Position numbers and translations under genes: made by a program
In this document: positions 1 to 7,638 of the stretch, one piece after another
How positions within the stretch are numbered: the first letter of the stretch is position 1
Layout: each line of letters starts with the position of its first letter
The notes under the pieces: generated by a model
The model's database searches: none
The model's input: only the letters and a program-made list of their open reading frames with translations
Told to the model about the DNA's origin: nothing
NCBI GenBank assembly: GCA_003168355.1
Contig: PMSQ01000134.1
Span: 7,222 to 71,221 of the forward strand
Direction: 5' to 3'
Length of the DNA stretch: 64,000 nucleotides
From: Acidobacteriaceae bacterium
Lineage (GTDB): Bacteria > Acidobacteriota > Terriglobia > Terriglobales > Acidobacteriaceae

Positions 1-273
1 TTCCTGCACCAGCAAGGCATCGCTCCGCAGCCCGGCGTTTCCAATTGGTTTCTCAACTTTCCCTTCTGGCATCCCGAACCCGACAGGCTCGGATTCGCCC
101 AAATCAGCAGCCAAAAAGCCTTCCAGGCCGGATGGGAAACACGACCGCTTCGCGACACCGCGCTCGACTACCTGATGTCTTTCGCTTCCCTGAACAATTA
201 TGACTTTCGCGATCCGCTCCCCGCTGAAACAGAGGAGAAGACCCTGGAGCTTTGGCAATCTCGCCCCCATTAG
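1..273 (+). CDS. 3' end of a CDS that begins upstream of the window (product unknown)
   Basis: Frame 1 is open from base 1 to TAG at 271-273 (FLHQQGIAPQ...TEEKTLELWQSRPH*). It is absent from the ORF track only because it has no start in the window. Confidence 0.4.
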   Translation, partial: FLHQQGIAPQPGVSNWFLNFPFWHPEPDRLGFAQISSQKAFQAGWETRPLRDTALDYLMSFASLNNYDFRDPLPAETEEKTLELWQSRPH

Positions 274-457
274 CCACTCATTCCAGAACGAATCCGCCGA
301 TAGCCGAAAGATACGCGGAACGCCAATCGAATCAGATTTAACCCCGTGCTCCCCCGTGCCCTCTGTGTTTAAGGTTTTACTGAACAACTGGCAACCGGTG
401 GCTGGCAGCCTGGGGGTACCGCGAATCGCAACCGCGCTGTAAAATAAACCCAGGTTC

Positions 458-499
458 GCTGATAGCTGAAAGCTGACGGCTGATAGCTGTTAGCTTGTT
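458..499 (+). repeat. Six tandem degenerate heptads (GCTGATA GCTGAAA GCTGACG GCTGATA GCTGTTA GCTTGTT) in the pdxS leader
   Basis: Read directly from the sequence. It ends 19 nt before the pdxS ATG. Confidence 0.8.
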
Positions 500-518
500 C
501 TCAGAAAAGAGTCCACCC

Positions 519-1439
519 ATGTCGCAAAACAACGGTAGCTCCACCAGTCTCCGCCTCAAGACCGGCCTCGCCGAAATGCTCAAAGGCGGCGTCATTATGG
601 ACGTCACCAACGCCGAGCAGGCCTCCATCGCCGAAAAAGCCGGAGCCGTCGCCGTCATGGCCCTCGAGCGCGTCCCGGCGCAGATCCGCGCCGAAGGCGG
701 CGTTGCGCGCATGGCCTCGCCCAAAAAGATTCGCGAAATCATGGCCACGGTGTCGATTCCAGTGATGGCCAAGTGCCGCATTGGACACTTCGCCGAAGCG
801 CAAATCTTGCAGGAACTCGGCGTCGATTACATCGACGAATCCGAAGTGCTCACGCCCGCCGACGAAGCCCACCACGTCGATAAGCACGCTTTCAACGTCC
901 CCTTCGTCTGCGGCGCGCGCAATCTCGGCGAAGCCCTGCGCCGCATCGCCGAAGGCGCCGCCATGATCCGCACCAAAGGCGAGGCCGGCACTGGAGACGT
1001 AGTCCACGCCGTCAAGCACATCCGCCAGATCGTCCAGGAGATGAAAATCCTCACCGTCCTCGGCGAAGAAGAACTCTACGCCAAAGCCAAAGAACACGGC
1101 GCGCCCTACGAGCTCATAAAGCTGGTCGCCAAAACCGGCAAGCTCCCCGTCCCCAATTTCTCCGCCGGAGGCATCGCCACGCCCGCCGACGCCTCGCTCG
1201 TTATGCAACTCGGCGCTGAAGCCGTCTTCGTCGGCAGTGGCATCTTCATGCAGGATTCCACCACCTTCGCCGACCCGGCGGAAGCGGAAAAGCGCGCCAG
1301 AGCCATCGTGAAAGCCGCCACGCACTTCAATGACCCTAAGGTGTTACTTGAGGTCAGTGAAGACTTAGTTGGAGCGATGAAGGGGCTGGCTGTGGCTGGT
1401 TTGGATGAGGCACATATGCTGCAGACTAGAGGGTGGTGA
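519..1439 (+). CDS. pdxS: Pyridoxal 5'-phosphate synthase lyase subunit PdxS
   Basis: ORF 495..1439. [23 protein letters not shown]...[17 protein letters not shown]...[16 protein letters not shown] is textbook PdxS/SNZ. The ATG at 519 is preferred over the TTG at 495. Confidence 0.95.
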   Translation: MSQNNGSSTSLRLKTGLAEMLKGGVIMDVTNAEQASIAEKAGAVAVMALERVPAQIRAEGGVARMASPKKIREIMATVSIPVMAKCRIGHFAEAQILQELGVDYIDESEVLTPADEAHHVDKHAFNVPFVCGARNLGEALRRIAEGAAMIRTKGEAGTGDVVHAVKHIRQIVQEMKILTVLGEEELYAKAKEHGAPYELIKLVAKTGKLPVPNFSAGGIATPADASLVMQLGAEAVFVGSGIFMQDSTTFADPAEAEKRARAIVKAATHFNDPKVLLEVSEDLVGAMKGLAVAGLDEAHMLQTRGW

Positions 1440-1492
1440 CGCAAGCTGAATGTAAGCCACGACAACGGGCTTTCGGTTTAAGACTCCGTTCT

Positions 1493-2410
1493 TCAAGTCC
1501 TGCGATCGAGAGGACGACTCGCCTGAGAAGGAGCTATTTGGGACGCCTGCAGGGCCCGATGTGTCCGATCCCTCGCCGGTGCTTTAACCCAAGAGCGAAC
1601 GAAAATTCCACAGAAGGTTTCGACTAGTTTTGCGTCACGAGTTCGAAATGCTAATCCTTGGTCATTGGCGCCGATGTCCTCAAAGAGAAACACGGCGTCT
1701 TGCTTGTCCTGCATAAAAAAGAAAAGCCAGATTTTCTCCGATAATGTCCGAATCTCAACGCCCTTGTCTAATAAATCACCCGCAAAAACATTTTCTTTGC
1801 CATAAAGTGTTTGTAGAAATGTGGCATGATCATGGGGCTTATCTATTCCGCGCCAATAATTAAAGTAGTTAATAAATTTTGGATCGTTGGATATGCGAGC
1901 GAAGTCGTCCTTGAACTGGTTTACTAAGGTTTGCTGCGCGGGCCCTTCGCTGTAAACAAGCCACTGCACAGACACCCCTCTATCTCGGGCTCTCATCACA
2001 GCATCGAATAGCCGCTGGTACGTCTCCGGCCTTGAGTAGGCTCCATAATCGACGAAATCTGAGATTATGATTAATTCTTTGTCAGCAAGATCAATCAGGT
2101 CGATGATTTCATCCATCTCCTTGGGAAATATTCCCAGGTAGCGCGTGGACATTGATCTGGCAATAAGCTCCATTTTTTCACTGTGTCGTCGCGAATCCCA
2201 AAATTGAATACACCCGAAAATGATAGCTAGCAAGGCAAGAACGAATGCAGTGACTTGAAATCCGAAGCTGGCAAAGAACGCGGCGAGGAGGCGGTAACGC
2301 CAAAGAATCGTCAAGCCTACTCCGACCATTAGCACTGTTCCCGAGAGGGCGAGCACGGGTGCAGAGACTCTTGCTCGGAGGGAGGGTGGTAGAGTGCCGT
2401 ACAAACTCAT
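1493..2410 (-). CDS. Hypothetical membrane-anchored protein: N-terminal TM helices plus a cytoplasmic domain with weak, degenerate PLD-like features
   Basis: 305-aa ORF in a visibly AT-richer patch. Two or three hydrophobic helices at the N-terminus. The segment KELIIISDFVDYG...RARDRGVSVQWLVY resembles the first half of PLD-like domains, but no HxK...D motif is present. Confidence 0.55.
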   Translation of the reverse strand: MSLYGTLPPSLRARVSAPVLALSGTVLMVGVGLTILWRYRLLAAFFASFGFQVTAFVLALLAIIFGCIQFWDSRRHSEKMELIARSMSTRYLGIFPKEMDEIIDLIDLADKELIIISDFVDYGAYSRPETYQRLFDAVMRARDRGVSVQWLVYSEGPAQQTLVNQFKDDFARISNDPKFINYFNYWRGIDKPHDHATFLQTLYGKENVFAGDLLDKGVEIRTLSEKIWLFFFMQDKQDAVFLFEDIGANDQGLAFRTRDAKLVETFCGIFVRSWVKAPARDRTHRALQASQIAPSQASRPLDRRT

Positions 2411-2622
2411 TGGGACTCCTCTTAACGCTGGGCAGCGGTCACCTATAGAAGATCGATGGCGAAGTGTGCCGTGAGATTAAGACTGTATCCCTTTCTCACC
2501 AAGCGATTAGGTGAACAGGGAAGTTTCGTATTAATCGGAAAGAATGTCAAGTCGGTAGGTAACAAGGGTCGGGAACATGGGACAGACAGTACCGGCGGGT
2601 AGCCCAGGTTTCAGTCCGAATT

Positions 2623-2659
2623 CCCATGTCTCGCAAAAACAGCGAGACATGGGGCACCC
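2623..2659. repeat. REP hairpin, family A (CCCATGTCTCGC-AAAAACA-GCGAGACATGGG-GCACCC)
   Basis: 12-bp perfect stem, 50 nt downstream of the RAYT stop codon. It is the exact reverse complement of 2963-2999. Confidence 0.9.
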
Positions 2660-2708
2660 TATTTATCGCCCCCCAGCGGCCAATGAGTAACAGGTAAAAA
2701 CGATCCGA

Positions 2709-3284
2709 TCAAGCCGCCGGCGGTCGGATTCTCATTACCAGGATGTCCGTGTCATTGATCCGCACCGGACCTACCTCTCCACATAAGTACCAACGAAAAC
2801 TGCTCCAGCGCCACTGTTCGGGCGTAGCCACCAACCCTCTCGCGACCGGATTGCGGTGAATGTAGCGCAGCTTTTCAATTCGTTTCTTCTCCGTCCACAC
2901 GTTGAAGTCATAAAACCGCGCTTGCCAGAATCGATTCGACTTCTTAGGACCACTTACACAGGGGGTGCCCCATGTCTCGCTGTTTTTGCGAGACATGGGA
3001 TTGGCGCTGGTACCGTCTAAACTGCGGACTACACCGAGCTTCAACGCCTGAATAGCTATTGACAACGTCGCCCGCTGCGGTTCGCTTACCAATAAATGAA
3101 CGTGTTCCGGCATGACGACATATCCCAAAACAACAAGGCGGTAACGGCGGCGCACTCGGTCAAGGATTTGCAGGAATAAGTCACAACGAGCAGGACCGCT
3201 GAAAAGCGGCTGCCTTTGGTAGCAGCTAAACGTCAGAAAATGCAAATCTCGCCCGCCATAGTAACGATGCAAACCTTCAGCCAT
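2709..3284 (-). CDS. REP-associated tyrosine transposase (RAYT, IS200/IS605 Y1 HUH family)
   Basis: HUH motif in MPEHVHLLV and catalytic-Tyr motif LRYIHRNPV. The ORF track extends to 3362, but that N-terminal extension is repeat-derived, so the ATG at 3284 (MAEGLHRYYGG...) is more plausible. Confidence 0.85.
   Translation of the reverse strand: MAEGLHRYYGGRDLHFLTFSCYQRQPLFSGPARCDLFLQILDRVRRRYRLVVLGYVVMPEHVHLLVSEPQRATLSIAIQALKLGVVRSLDGTSANPMSRKNSETWGTPCVSGPKKSNRFWQARFYDFNVWTEKKRIEKLRYIHRNPVARGLVATPEQWRWSSFRWYLCGEVGPVRINDTDILVMRIRPPAA
2963..2999. repeat. REP hairpin family A, located inside the RAYT coding sequence
   Basis: Perfect 37-nt reverse complement of 2623-2659. Translated in frame as ...MSRKNSETWGTP... 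Confidence 0.9.
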
Positions 3285-3389
3285 CACCCGAGAGTAAGAA
3301 AGCAGGCCCGGAATGTCTGTGACACGTGAACATCGAGGACTGGGGCACCCCCGCCCCATCATTTAGAATGAAACCTTCAACTACCCATC

Positions 3390-3845
3390 ATGAGCAGTAT
3401 CTCGGAGAAATTTAAGACAACCCTCAAGGCAGACGGCCTCGGGGCTGCCATGCGGTGGCTCAACGATAGAGTGCCGTACCGCTACACGGCCATTTTCGCC
3501 TTCGATGGTGAAATGCTTCGCAACATCTGTTTGATCGACAAAGACAATTCGAAGATCACCAACTGCTCCGATCAGCCGATTACGGAATCCTATTGCATGT
3601 ATATCCATCGCTCCCGCGAGCGCTTCAGCGTTGAGCAAGCCTTGCTCGACCAGCGGGTCGAGGAGCATCCGAAGCGACACAGTGTTCAGTGCTACTACGG
3701 CATTCCACTGTTTGGCTCGGAAGGAAAAATGTTGGGGACTGTGTGCCACTTCGATAGTATGCCGGTTCGTGTAACGGAAGAGATCGCCGAGGCACTGGAT
3801 GATTTGGCGCCTGTGATTGCCGAAGCGGCGTTCGGCGCGAAGTAA
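3390..3845 (+). CDS. Stand-alone GAF-domain protein
   Basis: 151 aa. YRYTAIFAFDG...QCYYGIPLFGSEGKMLGTVCHFD fits the GAF fold pattern. Divergent from the RAYT gene. Confidence 0.65.
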   Translation: MSSISEKFKTTLKADGLGAAMRWLNDRVPYRYTAIFAFDGEMLRNICLIDKDNSKITNCSDQPITESYCMYIHRSRERFSVEQALLDQRVEEHPKRHSVQCYYGIPLFGSEGKMLGTVCHFDSMPVRVTEEIAEALDDLAPVIAEAAFGAK

Positions 3846-3904
3846 ACGATTGGACGAGAGGGCTGGTGGGGGACTGGCTCACTTGTGCAACGCCGCGACT
3901 GAGC

Positions 3905-4045
3905 CTGCCCGCGGGTGGCCTACCCCTTCGCGTTTTTCGAAGGGTGGGATTCCTCAAATGCCTGCAGATTAAGCCCTTGGGTGGCGCAGCGCTTTCAGCG
4001 CTGCGATTCAAGCACCCACGCAGACCGGCTTTAGCCGCTGAGGTA
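3905..4045. repeat. Cluster of short REP-like hairpins (CCCTTCG-N7-CGAAGGG at 3924-3944; GCGCAGCGC-TTTCA-GCGCTGCG at 3984-4005)
   Basis: Stems read directly from the sequence. The GCGC..TGAA/TTCA..GCGC type recurs at 29934, 35371 and 52777. Confidence 0.7.
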
Positions 4046-4300
4046 AGTCATCCAACTCAGCTCCCGTCCGCACCGAATTAAACCAATCCTCACTTCACAG
4101 GATTGCGCCGAATGTATTCACCGAAGGCGTAGTAATCCTCAACATCCTGGTACTCCACTGATTTGACGGCCCAGCGAAGTATCGAGAAATTTATTTGTAA
4201 CGGTCTCCCTAAGACGAACACTATGTTGTTGTAAACCGGGATTGTTGATCAGGCAGCGAAGTCTAGTGAGCTTCGATCGAAATCCCGATGGAGGTGAAAA

Positions 4301-4663
4301 GTGAATCCAACAGGTTTGTGGCTTTTCTGGGTGTGGGGATGGGGTACGAACGGGGGAACTGGTTCGTGGTCCTCCCAGTCCTTCTTTTCCCCGTCAACTG
4401 TCGCGGCAGATGGCGAGTTAAATGAGTTCTTCACAGTCGACTCCGGCTACGGATCGGCAGGATTCTTGAATTACACAACGCGGGATCCCAACACAGGAGT
4501 CGACAGCCTGGTCGACCTGAGTCAAACCCAGGTCGGGTTGTTTATTATGCCGGGTCCAACAATTTTCGACAATAACGTCGATTCAATAACTTTCGCCACG
4601 CAGTACGGTGACCTCAATAACACGACGCAAATGTGCGCCACCTATCGCGTGTGGTTTTTTTAA
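4301..4663 (+). CDS. Hypothetical protein (Trp-rich N-terminus, beta-rich)
   Basis: GTG start 6 nt after a GGAGG Shine-Dalgarno sequence (SD) at 4290-4294. 120 aa with no recognisable family. Confidence 0.5.
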   Translation: MNPTGLWLFWVWGWGTNGGTGSWSSQSFFSPSTVAADGELNEFFTVDSGYGSAGFLNYTTRDPNTGVDSLVDLSQTQVGLFIMPGPTIFDNNVDSITFATQYGDLNNTTQMCATYRVWFF

Positions 4664-4674
4664 TGGAGGGTTGT

Positions 4675-5004
4675 ATGGAAGCGATCTACAAAGGAAAAGC
4701 GCTTACGCCAGAAGTTTTCGAAGTTTGTGTGGTGTACGATCCTTCCGACGGGAGGATTATTCACACCCACGAAAGGGTCCGTTTTCCCGGTGCCGTTCGC
4801 AAGCCCGAGGGTGATGCCGGCAAAGATGCCATGCAGATTGCAGCTAAGCTCGGGCACGATACCTCTAAGTTGCAAACCCTGGCGGTGCCGCCTGCCGAGC
4901 ACGACAGGCGCAAACCGTACAAGGTAGATCTTAAATCGAAACGCATCGTTGTATTAGACCGCCCGATCAAGCCAATGGGCCACATGATTAAGCCCAGGGC
5001 CTAA
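4675..5004 (+). CDS. Hypothetical small protein
   Basis: ATG at 4675 preceded by GGAGGG (4665-4670), 12 nt after the upstream stop. 109 aa. The ORF track start at 4633 overlaps the previous gene. Confidence 0.5.
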   Translation: MEAIYKGKALTPEVFEVCVVYDPSDGRIIHTHERVRFPGAVRKPEGDAGKDAMQIAAKLGHDTSKLQTLAVPPAEHDRRKPYKVDLKSKRIVVLDRPIKPMGHMIKPRA

Positions 5005-5041
5005 CTCTTAGGCGGCCGGGTGCCTGGGTCTCGATCCTGCT

Positions 5042-5095
5042 CCCATGTCTCGCAAGAACGTCTGGCAAAAAGCAGCGAGACCTGGGGCACCCCAG
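5042..5095. repeat. REP family A copy with an enlarged loop
   Basis: CCCATGTCTCGC...GCGAGACCTGGGGCACCC, plus an outer arm GGGTGCC at 5018-5024. Confidence 0.8.
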
Positions 5096-5149
5096 CACCG
5101 CGGGTCCCCGAATCTCACGTCCAGATTTCACGTCCAGAGAGGTGGAAAC

Positions 5150-5596
5150 ATGCCATTCGATGCGATGAGCAAACTCAAGAATCCCGTAAGCACGCTGAAG
5201 GAGGCCACGGAAACGATCGCCAATGTAGGAATGGAAAAAACCCAGGAACTCTTGGGCCAGATGAATCTGTTACTGCAGCTTCTGCAATCGGCAGGCTACG
5301 GCGTCGCCAGTTTAGATATCGAATTGAGCCTCCCGCCGAAAGTTACCGTGAAGTTGAAAACCGGTCCGGCAGTGAAGGAGGAAAAACTGAGCGAGATTCT
5401 GCGCGATCACGCCGACCAGAGAGTAATCACCACCGTTGTAGCATCATTGATTCAGGCCAACAAACTGCGAGGTTCGGTGACGGTGGAAACGCTCGAACTG
5501 GAAGGCATCGAGATTATTTTGACCACGACTCCAAACATTGCCCTCCAATGGAAGGACAAGGATAGGGACAAAAATAAGAAAGCGGCCGCGGCGTAG
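5150..5596 (+). CDS. Hypothetical protein (148 aa, Lys-rich tail)
   Basis: ATG at 5150 preceded by GAGGTGG. The ORF track start at 5045 (MSRKNVWQ...) is a translation of the REP element. Confidence 0.55.
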   Translation: MPFDAMSKLKNPVSTLKEATETIANVGMEKTQELLGQMNLLLQLLQSAGYGVASLDIELSLPPKVTVKLKTGPAVKEEKLSEILRDHADQRVITTVVASLIQANKLRGSVTVETLELEGIEIILTTTPNIALQWKDKDRDKNKKAAAA

Positions 5597-5649
5597 CGCC
5601 GAGTGGGTGCGGGGCTGGCGGGTGGCCCAGGCCTCGGATGCACTTCACT

Positions 5650-5700
5650 CCCATGTCTCGCAAACCCAGCGAGACCCTTCGGCAGGCTCAGGGCAGGCTA
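5650..5700. repeat. Partial REP family A copy fused to a family D unit (CCCTTCGGC..GCTCAGGGCAGGC)
   Basis: CCCATGTCTCGCAAACCCAGCGAGACCCTTCGGCAGGCTCAGGGCAGGC. The family D unit recurs at 26561 and, inverted, at 30032. Confidence 0.75.
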
Positions 5701-5754
5701 TGCGATATCCCACTTTCCACCACCCGGGAGGAGGACTCGTTCGGCGTTGGCAAT

Positions 5755-6408
5755 TCAAGCGCTGACAGCGGGTTCACCCGCAAGATAGTAATCCATAGGG
5801 CTGTTGGCGGGCGGCTGGTGGCCGAGCATGCGAATCATTCCGACTACCTGGCCTCGATGCAACGTGGAATGTTCAAGCACATGCCGCAGAATTTTCCAGC
5901 GAGGGAAGCGCCGCTCAACTCCGCCAGGAAGCTGTAAGGTGAGTTCAACCTCTAAGCTGGTCTCCGACAGTTCTTCAAGCGTGCGACGGAAGCCATCCCA
6001 GATTTCGGGCCAGTTCTGCCTTAGGACGTCAAGCGAGTATTGCGGAGCCGGACCCTGGGGCAGCCGCCAGGTTCCCAGGTCTGCAGTCGTGCTCAGACAT
6101 TGGAGCCAGACTCTCTCGCCATCGTAGATATGGCTGAGCGTGCCGAGAATGCTGGCGTGCGAGATTCGAATGTCGCGCTCCAATTCCTCAGCCGTGAGAG
6201 CAGCGCAGCCCTCGAGCAGGCACTGATTGGCCCACGCGGAGTGGCCGACTTCGTTAAGGAGCAACTGTTTGGTGAGGGACACGGAGAAAGTATATACGGG
6301 GTCTGGCCCAGCCTTCGACCCTGAAGTGGTCCGTTGACACTTCAGTGTGCCTATGACAAAATCCCCACCAATCTGTCTGGCTGACGGTGGGTTCCGTCTC
6401 AGATGCAC
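5755..6408 (-). CDS. DinB family protein
   Basis: HSAWANQ...ILGTLSHIYDGERVW...LRHVLEHSTLHRGQ is typical of DinB. The start is uncertain (GTG at 6408, or a later GTG near 6282). Confidence 0.8.
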   Translation of the reverse strand: MHLRRNPPSARQIGGDFVIGTLKCQRTTSGSKAGPDPVYTFSVSLTKQLLLNEVGHSAWANQCLLEGCAALTAEELERDIRISHASILGTLSHIYDGERVWLQCLSTTADLGTWRLPQGPAPQYSLDVLRQNWPEIWDGFRRTLEELSETSLEVELTLQLPGGVERRFPRWKILRHVLEHSTLHRGQVVGMIRMLGHQPPANSPMDYYLAGEPAVSA

Positions 6409-6464
6409 TGAAAAAAGAAAAGCGCGTATGCCGCCATTTGTGAGGGAAAGGCCTACTTTGCGCT

Positions 6465-7493
6465 ATGCTCATGAATCGAGAACTACGCGAAATCATCCTC
6501 TTCTCAGCGCTGCTCTTTGCTAGCCTCGCACTTCTCGCTCCTCTTGCAAGCGCCCAGCAATGCGCCTGCAACCCGGCGAACCTTGCCTTCGATTCGATAA
6601 ACGCCGACTACAATCAGGATACGGGCAACTGCGATTCGGTGGAATTCAGCCACGACAACATCGGTGGCGGCACACCGGATAGCAATGGCGATGGCGCTGG
6701 CTCCAATGCGTGTCCTCCGCACGGCGGTGCCGTGGCTTGCCGCACGGAGGCGATCCCCAGCGGCGGAGGGGAGTCTGCTTCAATGCTGGGAAACCGGCTT
6801 GGTGACGATTCAAATATCCAACTGTCGAATGAAAAAGTACGTGCTTCCAAACCGCCCGACTTCAACCGAGACATCTTTTATAGAAACAAGCTCGAATTTT
6901 CCCAGGATATAGGATGGCTCCCCATCAATATCCCTTTTCCTTTCGACTTTATGCTCAGCGATCAGTATGAGCTCTACCCTCTTAAATACACGCTGGTGCC
7001 CATCATTGGTTCTCTGCGATGGCAGCTCGACAAGGTCAAGGGTCCCTTGATTCTGCGCGGCAATTGGGATCTTGAGTTCAGCGGAGCGGTGGTCGCGATT
7101 CCGCGGGGAGCTGAGACCCGCTATTTCACTTACATGATGGGCATGCGGCGCAATTTTGTCCCGCGTAACTGGAGGGCTACCCCCTACTTCGATTGGCGCG
7201 CCGGCCTTGGGGATATCAACGCGAAGGGCCCCCTGGGGGTGCCGTACGCGCAAGGACAGGACTTCACGTTTACTCTCAACCTGGGCAGTGGAGTGCGCTA
7301 TAACTTCAATTCTCGCTATGCAATTTCGGCCGGTCTGAATTGGATGCATATATCAAACGCGAATTTATCCGAACACAAGTATGATCCGAACCAGCCCAAT
7401 CCCTGGGGCCTTATAAACTATGGCATTAATGTTTACGGGCCGATGGTTGGGATCGATATCCAGTTGCGCCGGCATCAACAGCGCTCCGAGTAA
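6465..7493 (+). CDS. Acyloxyacyl hydrolase / lipid A deacylase (PagL)-like outer-membrane protein with an N-terminal extension
   Basis: Signal peptide, beta-barrel-like C-terminal half, and the H-x-S-N motif (NWMHISNANL). Confidence 0.6.
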   Translation: MLMNRELREIILFSALLFASLALLAPLASAQQCACNPANLAFDSINADYNQDTGNCDSVEFSHDNIGGGTPDSNGDGAGSNACPPHGGAVACRTEAIPSGGGESASMLGNRLGDDSNIQLSNEKVRASKPPDFNRDIFYRNKLEFSQDIGWLPINIPFPFDFMLSDQYELYPLKYTLVPIIGSLRWQLDKVKGPLILRGNWDLEFSGAVVAIPRGAETRYFTYMMGMRRNFVPRNWRATPYFDWRAGLGDINAKGPLGVPYAQGQDFTFTLNLGSGVRYNFNSRYAISAGLNWMHISNANLSEHKYDPNQPNPWGLINYGINVYGPMVGIDIQLRRHQQRSE

Positions 7494-7638
7494 TATCTGC
7501 CGAACCGCACCTCTACTCCCGAGGGACACCTCGAGAGACGCCTTACCCTGATAAGCTCTTCCTCCAGGCCGAAACCCGACTCGTCTTGGCCAATGTCCGA
7601 CCGAAGTACGCCAGACCGAAGAACACGCGGCCACTGCC

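Noticed and set aside
501-1325. 274-aa ORF antisense to pdxS
   Set aside because: It lies entirely within a confidently identified gene on the other strand. Its Gly/Asp/Ala-rich low-complexity translation is typical of antisense frames in high-GC DNA.
5045-5149. N-terminal extension MSRKNVWQKAARPGAPQHRG... of the 5045..5596 ORF (and the overlapping 5020..5565 ORF)
   Set aside because: The extension is the translation of REP family A copy 5042-5095. A better start with an SD exists at 5150.
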